This document shows positions 1-10,897 of a DNA stretch of 20,000 bases, in pieces. Source of the DNA: Neodothiora populina (lineage: Eukaryota); the NCBI RefSeq assembly GCF_041146345.1, contig NW_027191413.1:3020971-3040970 (forward strand). The letters are read 5' to 3'. The notes under the pieces are model-generated. The model ran no database searches and had not been told where the DNA came from. It saw nothing but the letters and a program-made list of their open reading frames with translations. A program made the translations under genes and the position numbers. The number at the start of each line of letters is the position of its first letter. The stretch's first letter is position 1.

Positions 1-466
1 TGCCTCAAGGCATGATTCTCTTCAACAACAACAGAGCATTTGAGATTACACTTGCTGCTAAGGGAAGAACAGTGAGGAAAGACTTCGGCGCAGTATGATC
101 AGGCTGGCCACAGACAGATATCGCAACGCTGCAAGGTATTACTAGGATCAGGTGTTGTACATACATGAAGGTGACATACGTCCAAAATAGGCCGAATCTT
201 TAACATGGTGTCGAAGTCAGACGCGACATAAAGTTGCATGTACATACCGAGCTCTTTGGATTTTGTGCGGAAGACTGCAAAACACCGAGCTTAAGCAGAA
301 TGCTCTTGCTTGAGAGATATACTGGAGACTTTGGTTCGTAGTGATCAGCACGTGGCGCATCAGATGAAGCGGCTCGCTTAGATTCCGATCAATGGTAGAA
401 AATCAAGAAACAAAGTTCTAATTTGTAAGGCTTAGCACAGTGATGTCGTTGGGAGGGATCTGCATC

Positions 467-2071
467 CTAATTATCTTCTTCCTTTGGGACGATACATTTA
501 TCTTCGACCCATCTTGCAAAATGAACTGATGGGGTATCGACAGCACGCGTGACTATATCTGCCATCCATACAACAAAGGTAATGGTTATGATGGCTGAGA
601 TACCAAACGCCGTCTCCTTCCTCCACGCAGTGTCGCGTCCAATCGCATTCCAGAGTATCTCCAGAGACTTGAGTCCGATGGTGTGGATAATGTGAGCATG
701 CACAATGTACAATGCGAAAGAGATCTTGCCCATATATTGTGACACGCTGTTAGTGAACAGCTTCTGAAGCAATGGACTATTGGAGGTTGCCCACACCAAC
801 AGTATGGCGCCCCACCCAGTCCAGAAGCGGTGCTTCTCTTGCCAATTGGAGGGGATCCATGCATGAAGTGTATCCCACCCGATTGCAGGTCCTCCTTGGT
901 TGCCGGGCTGACCGCAGAGGTAGACACCGACAAGGAAGACGACGATGTAAAGCCACCAGAGACGATCACGTCGCGATGCGGCCAGGCTGCTGCTCGATGG
1001 CAATGCCGGGGCCAAAGACCGGCGGAGGTCAAGCTCTGCCAGAATGAAGCCACCGTAGAAAAGAATCATCTCCCAGCGATCCTTGCGCGTGCACCAGATG
1101 ATCAGTGCCACGAGGAACAGTATGCGAACCAGAGGTCTCATCCGACTGACACCGAGCTGAGTGAGGTACAGGATGAGCGATGCTCGGAATTCGACGGAGA
1201 TTGTCCACAGATGGCCGTCAATGTCGATCTGACTAGACCAGTTGTTGAAACTCCATGGATTGATCATGATATACATCTTACGCGCCCAGTCGTAAAGCTG
1301 TTTGAAGAGGGTGGCTTTTGGGCGCATGTGTTCCTCCCTATGGTAGGGCAGAAAGTGGCCGTCATATGCTACAGCCCTCGTCGGCTCGTATACTCCAAGA
1401 TAGACTGTGACGATGATCACAAATGTCCAGACAACGCAGGGCAGGTAGAGACGGATTGCTCGGCGAAATACTGCTGAAGACAATGTATGTAGTAGTTCAT
1501 CCCACTTCTTACCTCTCATTTGTTTGAGAGGTTTGTAGGAAAGAGCAAAACCAGACACCACGAAGAATATTGAAACCATGGCCGTGCCGTTGTAGATGAA
1601 GCGTATAAAGGGGAGTTTGAGAAACTCGTGGTTTTTGCCACCTCTTCCAAATGCACTGTGTGTGTCGTGACTGCCGTAAGAAAAGTGGAATATGAACACG
1701 AGAAAGGCTGCTAGTCCACGGAGGCCATCGAGATAAGATGTTTGGTACAATTTCGTCACTTTGGCGAGATCTGGTCGGATTCGGTTCTGAATTGGTGAAG
1801 GTAACAAAAAGAATCCTAGGTCCTTGCAGGTTCGGGAACACGTAGACCACGAGGGTAACCGCAGCTTAGTCCTTGTGGTCTCTGCAGGGGGAGGTGTCGC
1901 CTCTACTATGTCCTCGGCTTCATCCTCATATTTCTCGAGTAAATGGTCCGACTCGGGCACATGGTCTTGGTCTGATGAAACAGATAAATGCATGATTATA
2001 CTGTAGAGCCACAAGCTCAATGCAAAAAAATAGACTCGAGAAATGAAAGGAAGTAAGAGAGGATCAACCAT
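467..2071 (-). CDS. Acyltransferase family 3 (Acyl_transf_3/OafA-like) multi-pass membrane O-acyltransferase, intronless
   Basis: 534-aa ORF with family motifs YLDGLRGLAAFLVFIFHF, VSIFFVVSGF, RRAIRLYLP, HLWTISVEF and GKISFALYIVH, plus many hydrophobic helices. The true start may be the ATG at 1993 (MHLSVSS...). Confidence 0.9.
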   Translation of the reverse strand: MVDPLLLPFISRVYFFALSLWLYSIIMHLSVSSDQDHVPESDHLLEKYEDEAEDIVEATPPPAETTRTKLRLPSWSTCSRTCKDLGFFLLPSPIQNRIRPDLAKVTKLYQTSYLDGLRGLAAFLVFIFHFSYGSHDTHSAFGRGGKNHEFLKLPFIRFIYNGTAMVSIFFVVSGFALSYKPLKQMRGKKWDELLHTLSSAVFRRAIRLYLPCVVWTFVIIVTVYLGVYEPTRAVAYDGHFLPYHREEHMRPKATLFKQLYDWARKMYIMINPWSFNNWSSQIDIDGHLWTISVEFRASLILYLTQLGVSRMRPLVRILFLVALIIWCTRKDRWEMILFYGGFILAELDLRRSLAPALPSSSSLAASRRDRLWWLYIVVFLVGVYLCGQPGNQGGPAIGWDTLHAWIPSNWQEKHRFWTGWGAILLVWATSNSPLLQKLFTNSVSQYMGKISFALYIVHAHIIHTIGLKSLEILWNAIGRDTAWRKETAFGISAIITITFVVWMADIVTRAVDTPSVHFARWVEDKCIVPKEEDN

Positions 2072-3443
2072 TAATATCTTGACATGCCCCTATGCGGGAC
2101 ATAATGTGTTCGAAAGCTAGCGGGACGTCTACCGCCAACAAAACGGTCAGCCAGATTGTGCATCCTTGGTATTCACATGAGCCTGCGAGCCACTGCAGCT
2201 GCCGATTCTACTTGAGAACTGACATGTCTCAAGTCTCATCCCGCTTTGAAGACTACTGGAAGACTACTATTTTTTGCATGCTGATCAGCATGAGGTCGGA
2301 ACATGTCGAAGTTGTTCTCACTGAGTGATAATAGGATAACGTACTAGACTCTTCCGACCTAGGAGGAGGCGGATGGGACGTGACAAGAAGTCGTTACTCT
2401 ATCCAACGGTTATATAGAGATCGCCCTATACTTCAGCTGACATGGACAGATCCTTCTTCATGGGGTTGACGGCAACCTGACGAATCGAGAGATCCTCTAC
2501 TTTCTGCATGTTATTGTATACTGTCTCCTGAGGCTTTTGCTCTCATCCAAAGTGAAAAATTCAAGCACAATAGTCAGATTGCGACGCACAAATGACTGGG
2601 AATAATGTACACACAAGTACTTACAGGAGGTGTGACATGTGAGGTACCTGCAAGTTCACTGAAGCAGGACCGGTGCCAAGACCCCTTTGATCAATTTCGT
2701 CAGAAACCCCTTATCCTGAGCTCCCTCGTTCTTGACGGAAGGCAACACTATCTCATGAAACATCTTCGAGAACCTTGAGGTACGGTTAACAATAGGTCGC
2801 CCTTCAACATTGCGAACACTGTAGTGGACTGACAGAGTATTTAGGAAGTGGGTTATCAGGGTTCGGTATGTGCACACCTTAATTGTGATAGAAACGTTTC
2901 AGCGCTACCTTATCGGTACGACCCTTAATTCTCTTGCACGAGTCAAGCAGCGGCGCTGATGTCCGAGCTTTGAGGTTGTCAACGACAGTGTGTGCAGAGG
3001 GGCCTGTACCTTGTCTTTTTGATCTGTGATTTTCCGTGATTGATTTATGCTACGATCTCGTATACTGTAAGATCAGTGTTCCCACGACTTAAAGCACTCG
3101 AAGAGGCTTACCGCTGTTGACATTACAGATCTCTTGGGTCCAGGGGCTGTATCGTCAAAGCGATTGTCGAGACGCAACCTCCAAGTACCCATCATCTACG
3201 AACGACCATATCATCGTCTACCGGCGTTCATACAGGCAAGTACATATACATAGCTGATGAGAACAAAGCTTCGCCTATTGGCTACCTACTAAGCAGCCTT
3301 CCGTACCTGCAATAGTTCACTTTTCAGTTTGCTGATCATGTTGTCTCGGAAGGAGCACGGCAAGGAGGCAAGGAGGCAAGGCTTGACCGAGCTCGTATGC
3401 GCTTATATCAGTCCTATGATGACCTACATCTTGGTTTATGTTC

Positions 3444-4528
3444 TCATTCGCTTGCAATTTGCATTGCTTCCATCGAGGCAAGCTTCGGGTAAGGATAGCC
3501 ACCAATCTCGACAAACAGCTTTCCTGCATTCGCCATCAAATCGGCAGCATCTTGACCAAGCCACTGGGGAATGAGTCCTTTCCTAGAAATCTCCATTTCA
3601 CGGAGAATGTTACCACAAGCCTGTGAATTGTGTCAGTGAGGTTGATCGTGAGTGGCTTTAGCGAGCAGAAGACACATACCAGCACACCGAACCCTTTCTT
3701 GGTATGGTCGGCCGACAGCTTCATGATCACCTCTGCCACGCCTTCCGTAGTGTTCTGGGGAAGTTTTCGCTTTGCCCACTCCTGAGCAAAGTTCTTGGAC
3801 ATGTCAGTGGGGGTAAAGAATGGGGCAACCCCGTTTACTCGGAGACTGTATCTTTCGGCGTGCACTTGTGAGGCGCGCAACAACCCGGTAACTCCATGTT
3901 TCGACGATATATAGCCAGCAACGCCAGTAGCTCCAAAGTAGCCAGAAGTCGAGATGACTAGGAGGATAGAGCCACGAGAACCGTCCGGGAAGCTAGACTG
4001 GTTATCTTTCATATGATGCATGCCAAGCCGAATCGCTGAACAATCCAAAATGAGCTACGCGACTCTGGAAATGCATCTTTGAGGCCTGCACTTACTACTG
4101 AGTGTGCCCTTGATATTGATATCGATTACTCTCGATATTTCCGTGGCCTCGATAAGCTCACCATTGGCATCAACAGCCTCGACATCTAGCCCCGAGGCGG
4201 ATTCCATGACGCCAGCATTAGCAATCACATATTCGATGCTCCCGAACTTTTCTTTGGCTTGTCTGAATAGATTTTTCATCTGTGACCAGTCCAGAGTACT
4301 GGTCGCGACAAAGATAGCTTTTGCTGGATCAGATAGTGACGCGATGGTTGCCTCAGCAGAAGCTCGAGAATACTCCAAGTCGGCTAACACGACATTTGCA
4401 CCATTCTTAGCGAATATTTGAACGATCTTGGTTCCGATTCCTCCGGCTGCTCCAGTGACAATGACAGTCCTGCCACCCACATTCTGAAGCACGTCGTCAT
4501 CCAGCTGAACAGGGTGTACAAAAGACAT
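3444..4528 (-). CDS. Classical short-chain dehydrogenase/reductase, 3 exons (4528-4096, 4035-3680, 3620-3444), about 321 aa
   Basis: Has TGAAGGIG Rossmann motif, NAG and catalytic YISSK (YxxxK). Introns 4095-4036 (GTAAGT...CAG, 60 nt) and 3679-3621 (GTATGT...CTGAC...CAG, 59 nt) join the frames as KGTLS-TIRLG and GVL-ACGNILREME...IASE*. Confidence 0.9.
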
Positions 4529-5056
4529 GATTTAGAGCTTGTGTGGGTATTGAGTTAGGCGATACAGATACTATGGTATGGGAACCGGATAGTGCCCTAG
4601 CATCTATTATAAATCTTGCCCGGCTTTGAGAAGGATTCAATGACTACGGAGTCATTTAGCTTATAGCCGAAGTCTCGGACAATGCATCAGCACTTTGTGG
4701 ATATGACTTCTTGCTCCATCGAGTCACGGACGTGTCCGAACTCCACGTCTCCCTGATGCAAGCATGAGGGGTCATTAGCGTCGACAATCAATTGGGCAAT
4801 ACATGGACACATGTATCCTGTAAGCCGATAGGATGTTCTAATCGCAATAGCATGCTTTGTTTCCGAAGGTAAAGGCCGAGGCCGTCCGAGCAATACGGCA
4901 TGAAGATCTACAGCCGCATGAAGCGGGTGAAAGAAAAGCCATAACTCCTGCCACATGTTTTGGTCACATGGAAGCAGTACCATCAACACTCTCGCTTCCT
5001 CAAAGGCCCGAGAAACGTGGGTCATGGTTTTGGTGTCTGGAGTGAGAGTATTGGGG

Positions 5057-5088
5057 CCCCAGACCTTGGCGGTGCGGGGAAACTGGGG
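5057..5088. promoter_or_regulatory. Cluster of three CreA/Cre1 consensus sites (SYGGRG) in the divergent SDR/MFS promoter
   Basis: CCCCAG at 5057-5062 (reverse strand), GCGGGG at 5074-5079 and CTGGGG at 5083-5088. This is a short-motif match only. Confidence 0.3.
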
Positions 5089-5446
5089 TCATCTATTAAG
5101 GTACAACGGGACGAACACAGTGGCGCTAGTCGAGTCTCGAGTGGTTCCCAGGAACCCTTCATTGAGGCGGATCTCTTCTGAAGGCACGTGTAAATGACAT
5201 TGCGTATATGAAATAGCCTACGCTATACGTGTGCAGTTCTAGAGATTCATTGGTCTCGTGCTCTGTTGAAATTCCCCGAGCTAGGTATGGAGCCTTGGTA
5301 TCATGGTCACTCCCATCACCAGGCTGTTTAGAGACCAATCTCATCGGTGATATGACAGCAGTGCTCTCCGTCTTCTATCTATCATGTCGACTTAGTCCAT
5401 CACAGTGGCACGCGAAAGTAGCAACATCATTATACAATACTGGACC

Positions 5447-7082
5447 ATGTCTGGTATCAAGACGTCTATGACCGAGGCAAGGGTCGAGTTCTCTGAGAAC
5501 TCACAAGACAATATGCACAGGACACCTGCGCTACCAATTGGAGCAGAACGCGTAGATTTGACAGAGCAGGAGGCGAGTTGGCATCTTTCCAATGTCCAAT
5601 AGAGAGCCACTCTTATATGCAGCGTAGAATTGCCGCCTTCGTCGTAAGACTGACAAAGTCATCCTGTCCCTTCTCGTCTGGGGATACTTCTTGCAGATCA
5701 TAGATAAGACTGCTCTAGGATACGGAGCTCTCTTCGGACTTCGAACTGACCTCAAGCTTGTCGGCAAGCACTATTCGCTCGCGTCCAGTGCCACGCCTAT
5801 CGCTCAACTAGCGTGGCAACCCATTTCGTCCTACCTTATCGTCAGAGCTCCACATCGGATCCTGCTGCCTCTACTCGTGCTTTTCTGGGGTATCACGATG
5901 GTTTGCATGGCAGCGTCATGGGATTTCGGTTCCTTGTTCGCTGGCAGGTTCATGTTGGGGCTTTTCGAAGGCAGCTGCCTTCCACTCTTCGCAATCCTGA
6001 CCGGTAGATGGTACCGCAGATCCGAACAGCCTCTCCGAGTCGCTTGCTGGTATGGCACAAACGGAGTTGCCACAATCGCTATTTCAGTCATTGCTTATGG
6101 CTTAGCAAAGATTTCCCATTCTGCGATCGCAACATGGAGGATCCTGTTCCTCACCATCGGCCTTCTCACCGTCCTATCGGCTCCCTTATTGTGGTGGTTC
6201 CTGCCTAATGACATCGACAGCGCTCGATTTCTCACCGAGCATGAGAAGCGACAGACATATGAACGTCTTCGTGCCAATCAGTCCGGCGCTGCCAAAACGA
6301 AGTACAAGATGGCACATCTCGTTGAAGTTATACTGGACCTAAAGACATATCCGGGGATTGGCATTGCCCTTTGCCTAAATTGCGGCGCTAGCGTAACTAA
6401 CACCTTCGGTCCACTGATCCTCAGCGGCCTAGGATTCGACAAGTATACAACCTCTCTGTTGAATAAGCCGTTCGGTGCGACGCAGATCCTCACCATTGCC
6501 ATCTCTTCGTTTGCTGCTCAGCGAGGCAAGAAAAAGGGAGGAGTCCTCTTAGCACTGGCTCTTCCAATCATTGCTGGTCTGGCGGCCTTGTATATGCTTC
6601 CTCGAGATCCCTCCCACACTGCCCCGCTTCTTGTCAGCTACTATCTATTGGGGTTCATCTTCGGCGGCAACCCCATCCTTGTCGCATGGATGGTGGGAAA
6701 CACTGGTGGTTTCACCAAAGGCTCTGTGATTATGGCGATATACAATGCTGCAGCCGGAGCAGGAAATATCATCGGCCCTCTCTTGTTCGCTACGCAGGAC
6801 GCTCCAGCCTACAAGCCGGGTCTGAAAAGTGTCCTCGCAATGTTCGCTACACTGGCGGCCCTTGTAATCCTCCAAATGGTGTACCTCGTCTTCTTGAACA
6901 AACTCCAGGAGAGGAAGCGCGTCAAGGATGGGAAGCCAGCCAAGCTCGCAGATCTCAGCATGGAGCGCAGATATATCGCTATGGCTGAGGTTGCCGATGC
7001 TGAGCAGGGACCACGCATTGGTGACAACGCTTTCAATGACCTGACGGACAGACAGAACGACGAATTCATCTATATCTATTGA
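5447..7082 (+). CDS. MFS transporter of the Dal5/allantoate permease (anion:cation symporter) family, 2 exons (5447-5572, 5628-7082), about 526 aa
   Basis: Family motifs RRKTDKVIL...YFLQIIDK, GRFMLGLFEG, WYRRSEQPLR, GNIIGP and C-terminal DLTDRQNDEFIYIY, with about 12 hydrophobic segments. The N-terminal exon joins in frame through intron 5573-5627 (GCGAGT...TAG). Confidence 0.9.
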
Positions 7083-7471
7083 TCGTAGGCAGAGACGGTT
7101 TTCGGTTGCACTTTATTAATAAATGTTTGGTAATGCAGAGGTCCAGCTGAAACGCCAACCATGATGCCCTTACTTGGACTCATGATTATCAATTCTGCGA
7201 TTCGCAAGAAATCATAAAGCTTAGAGCGGTCGGGTACCGGATCAACGTCCTCTATGCCACCAACATCGCCAATACGGTGATGACCCGCCAATCCAGCTGC
7301 AGCAAGGTAATATGGGGCCTTGCGCATATCCGGACATCCGTCTACAGAGACAGACACGTGCCGGAAACTCCTCTCTGATCCTTGCTGGACAGGATGGACA
7401 ACTTCCGACAAAGACGGAGGGTTCACCTCGATCTTACGAATAGTCAAGTCTCGTAGAAGTGGATTAGACAT
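7076..7471 (-). pseudogene. 3'-truncated DUF1907 / C11orf54 (PTD012)-like gene fragment
   Basis: PPSLSEV...VSVSVDGCPDMRKAPY...GLAGHHRIGDVGG...KLYDFLRIAE...GVSAGP matches my recollection of the C11orf54 N-terminus (PSLEEL...VSVVDCPDL...RIAEVGG...GAGAGP). Similarity stops near 7130 and the ORF ends overlapping the MFS stop codon. Confidence 0.7.
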
Positions 7472-8255
7472 TTATATCTAACGCCACGGTGATGTCGACA
7501 GCTAAGGAGTCATTGTGAGACAGAAGACAGAAAAGGTTCCCAGCATAATCTTCTTGTCACTATTTGATCAGCACCACCAATAGAGACGAGGTTTTACGGG
7601 AATGGGTTTATTGTATATGGTGAAGTTCATCTTCAAACATGGCCCTTCGAGCCTTAAGAATGAGGTCAAACAGAACTGGGGTTGAACGCTTACAGCATAT
7701 CCTCTCTAAAGCCTGTCAGCGGTTCAAATCGATGATCGCCAGCTACCGTTGCACATATAAGACTCGATACAGCGGTCGCCACCAGCCAAATTGCTGTACA
7801 TCGGATGAACATCATTTACATTTTGAGATGTACAAGTACTGTACGTTTAGGTGGTGATGACAGAACCGTGCTGTGTTGCAATAAAGAAAGCGGGGCTCGC
7901 TTCGATATCACATTACCGTGATGCGGTACATAGCCACTAAGAGCCATCGGAAGATAGCCGTGCCTAGGCATGGAATAGCAACAGATGCAACGACAACATA
8001 CAGTAATGATAACATACCTGTGCATGAGGCATCAGAATGTTTTTCCCTGGCTGGTCCACTATTGCCGTTCCTTTCTTGATTGTTGTCGCCGTTGACGCGT
8101 TAACCCCCGCTGTATAGCTCCACGGTAAGGATAAGCAACGATAAGCGCTTAAGATCGTTGACCCCGTAATTTGAGTGCAAATCATCCATACATTAGGCGG
8201 AAAAAGCCACGTCCAAATTCGCTGATCTTCATGGGTCAGGTATGGGGGTCCGCAA

Positions 8256-8696
8256 TCAAAAGCGAAACAGACGTTCATCATCCATAAATCCTCTATCGCT
8301 GACGAGAACAAGCTTCGGCAAAGCATCATCAATTGTGTGCTCAATGCGTTCGGCAGGGAAGGCCGGGTCGATGGGGGCATAGGCTGCACCCGATTTCATT
8401 ACCGCCAATGCGGCTACAACCGTGTCGACGGAGCGTTCCAGAGCTACGGCAACCACATCTCCATGGCCAATTCCTTGCTCTTCGACCAGCACATGGGCGA
8501 GACGATTTGCGAGTGTGTTGAGCGTTTGATAGTCAAGTTCTATGTGACCAGAGATTACCGCAACATGTCTAGGGTACCGCTCTGCGGCGCTCTCAAAAAG
8601 CCGTGGCAACGAAAATCCAAGCGTTGCGGGGTTATCCGTGGCGTTGAACTGGCCAATAAGGGTTTGGTGGTCTCGCGCTGAAATAGTTCCTGCCAT
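8256..8696 (-). pseudogene. N-terminal fragment of an NRPS-type adenylation domain
   Basis: Has A1-like LDYQTLNTLANRLA and A2-like MKSGAAYAPIDPAFPAER. The ORF stops after about 146 aa, before the A3 motif (YTSGSTGxPKG), which I could not find in any downstream frame. Confidence 0.85.
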
Positions 8697-9278
8697 TTTA
8701 CACAGTAGATCTTGCTAACCTTGAAGTATTCGAAACTTCTTGCTATAGGTTGGTTGGTGTACATAGCACAGCAGCGGAAGACCGTACACTTGTATATCAT
8801 GAGTACACATATCGTATGACATGCATCGCGAATCCTAGGCCTCTTGGGAAACCATAGCACCTGCCGATTGAGGCAGACTGCCGCTTTAAGGACACGGCCG
8901 TTTTAGGTATGTCACCATTTGAAGTACCTTGCCTTTTCAAACATAGTGTTGTTGTCAACATCCTGCATTTAATATCGACAAAAGAATGATTCCACCATCG
9001 AAAGGTCCGAACACGCTTGCAGAGATAAGGAAGGTCTCTTACGATGGTCCAGCTAGCATGTGGTGAGCAAAACTGGTTCGCTTCTCCATGATCAGCTACG
9101 CAACGAGTGACCCACGCCGTCAGCGGGACTACCTAGTGATGCCCTCGATAGGTGCCTATCTCAGTATATATGTGCATTCGTGCGCCTTACCTTCAGCGAA
9201 TTTTCATTGCAATATCGTTTGCCACATCAATTCTCTACTTTTCTTCGTTGACTTTCACTAAGCCTTAACTAATCTGTC

Positions 9279-10421
9279 ATGTCTGTCCCCGAAAGATTTA
9301 GCGGTTTCCAGGCGCCTAGCGCCGAAAACTGGCTAGATTTCCAAAAAGGTTCCTGGGAGCCTCGTCCATTCGGTGACAACGATGTTGACATCAAGATTGA
9401 ATGCTGCGGCGTGTGTGCTACGGACGTGCATGTTGCCCGTCAAGATTGGGGCAAAACACCCTATCCCTTGGCTGTCGGCCACGAGATCATCGGGAAGGTG
9501 CTCCGCGTGGGTTCCAAGGTGTCACTTGCGACAATCGGTCAGCGTGTTGGTATTGGCGCCCAGGTCTACTCCTGTGGAGACTGCCGGCACTGCAAGAATA
9601 ACAATGAGACATACTGCAAGGAGCAGGTTTGCACGTATGGTGCACCATACCCTGGGACCAATTATACGACTCAGGGGGGTTCTCATCCCACGCCCGCGTC
9701 GATGAACACTGGTAAGGTCGATGGGAACGGGCGGGTGATTTGGTTTCTGATCGCTGACTTTGTGGTTGTTACTAGGGTGTTTCCAATACCAGACAGTCTG
9801 GCCAGCAGCGACGCCGCACCGATGATGTGCGCTGGTGCCACCGTGTTCAGTCCATTGAAACGCTTCGGTGCGAGACCTGGTACCAAGATCGGCGTCGTAG
9901 GCATCGGCGGGCTCGGCCATTACGCTATTCAGTTCGCAAAAGCTCTCGGCGCGGAAGTTTGGGCTATTTCGCGGTCGAATGCGAAAGAGGCTGATGCGAG
10001 ATTGATGGGTGCCGATGGTTTTCTCGCTACGAGTGAGGAAGGCTGGAACGAGCCGCACAAAATGACATTCAACCTTATCGTCAGTACAGCCAGCTCATTT
10101 GATGAGTTCCAACTATCACAATACCTCAGCCTCCTGGACATCCACGGGCGCTTCAATTTGGTTGGCTTGCCTGCTGACGGCATCAAAGTGTCGACTTTCG
10201 ATTTCATCGAGAATGGCTGCTTCATGGGGGCAACGAATCTTGCTAGCCGACGCGAGGTGCTCGAAATGCTCGACTTGGCTGCCACCAAGGGTATCAAGTC
10301 ATGGGTGCAAGAGATACCCATATCGAGGAAAGGCATCCAGGAGGTGATAGAGCAGATAGAGGATAGCAGCATTCGCTACAGGTCCTGCCTGATTGGTTAC
10401 GATGAGGCGTTCGGAGTTTGA
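9279..10421 (+). CDS. Zn-dependent NADP(H) medium-chain alcohol dehydrogenase (cinnamyl-ADH/ADH6-like), one intron 9712-9775, apparent 1-nt deletion at about 9674-9681
   Basis: Has CGVCATD, GHE, structural Zn CGDCRHC...YC, GIGGLG and SRSNAK. The intron reads GTAAGG...GCTGAC...TAG. The conserved GGFSSHARVDEHW|VFPIP is recovered only by adding one base after CAG GGG GG. It is either a pseudogene or a consensus error. Confidence 0.85.
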   Translation: MSVPERFSGFQAPSAENWLDFQKGSWEPRPFGDNDVDIKIECCGVCATDVHVARQDWGKTPYPLAVGHEIIGKVLRVGSKVSLATIGQRVGIGAQVYSCGDCRHCKNNNETYCKEQVCTYGAPYPGTNYTTQGGSHPTPASMNTGKVDGNGRVIWFLIADFVVVTRVFPIPDSLASSDAAPMMCAGATVFSPLKRFGARPGTKIGVVGIGGLGHYAIQFAKALGAEVWAISRSNAKEADARLMGADGFLATSEEGWNEPHKMTFNLIVSTASSFDEFQLSQYLSLLDIHGRFNLVGLPADGIKVSTFDFIENGCFMGATNLASRREVLEMLDLAATKGIKSWVQEIPISRKGIQEVIEQIEDSSIRYRSCLIGYDEAFGV

Positions 10422-10825
10422 GTAAGCGATACACATACTTTCTCGTGGCTCTCTACGTTGTTGGGAGGACGGTTAGTTCATAATCCAGAGACAATCAATG
10501 TTATGGCAACATTCTGCTTTAATTAGCGCCACCTCTGCAAGTGCCAATCATATGATGTACCCCTAACTGTGCCTTACTCGTTACAGGTCGTATATCCTGA
10601 GAGATGCTCCATGACCAGGTTTGTTTCTTATGCCACAATCTGGCGAGACTTCTGGGAAGCTACGTCACAACACGAAAGCTGCATAGATGTACGTGCTTGT
10701 GCCGCTTGCTTGCGTCTCATGTCTGACATGCAATTGGAAGCTCAATGCGCGTTTTGACGCAGTACTTCTACGTATGTAGTTCTCTGCAACCTGGGACTGG
10801 AGAGCTGAGCTCTACGCGATTCTGC

Positions 10826-10897
10826 TGTTATCAGGCGATAGATATGTTGTCAGGCGATACATCTGCTATTCGGCGATACTTTTGTTATCAGGCAATA
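10826..10897. repeat. Degenerate 19-bp-period tandem repeat x4, core TGTTATCAGGCGATA
   Basis: Copies start at 10826 (tgttatcaggcgata), 10845 (tgttgtcaggcgata), 10864 (tgctattcggcgata) and 10883 (tgttatcaggcaata), each exactly 19 bp apart. Confidence 0.85.

Noticed and set aside
830..1477. 215-aa plus-strand ORF and other ORFs overlapping the acyltransferase, SDR, MFS, ADH and S9 genes
   Set aside because: Antisense or alternate-frame shadows of well-supported genes, with no recognisable motifs.
2656..3240. Minus-strand intron-like signals (GTAAGC...CTGAT...CAG near 3065-3111) and short ORFs suggesting a relic gene
   Set aside because: All joined frames hit stops and resemble no family I recognise.
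4687..5344. Short ORFs in the SDR-MFS intergenic region
   Set aside because: No recognisable motifs. The region is best read as a divergent promoter.
7568..7815. Minus-strand signal-peptide-like start (MMFIRCTAIWLVATAVSSLICATVA) followed by a GTAAGC donor
   Set aside because: It needs a roughly 41-nt intron with weak signals and gives a short peptide with no recognisable family, so it cannot be supported without RNA data.
7964..8255. Possible continuation of the NRPS A domain in another frame
   Set aside because: No A3-A10 motifs found. ITGST is not a credible YTSGSTG.
10826..10897. CRISPR-like array
   Set aside because: The context is eukaryotic, the units are tandem with only 4-nt linkers and no unique spacers, and there are no cas genes.
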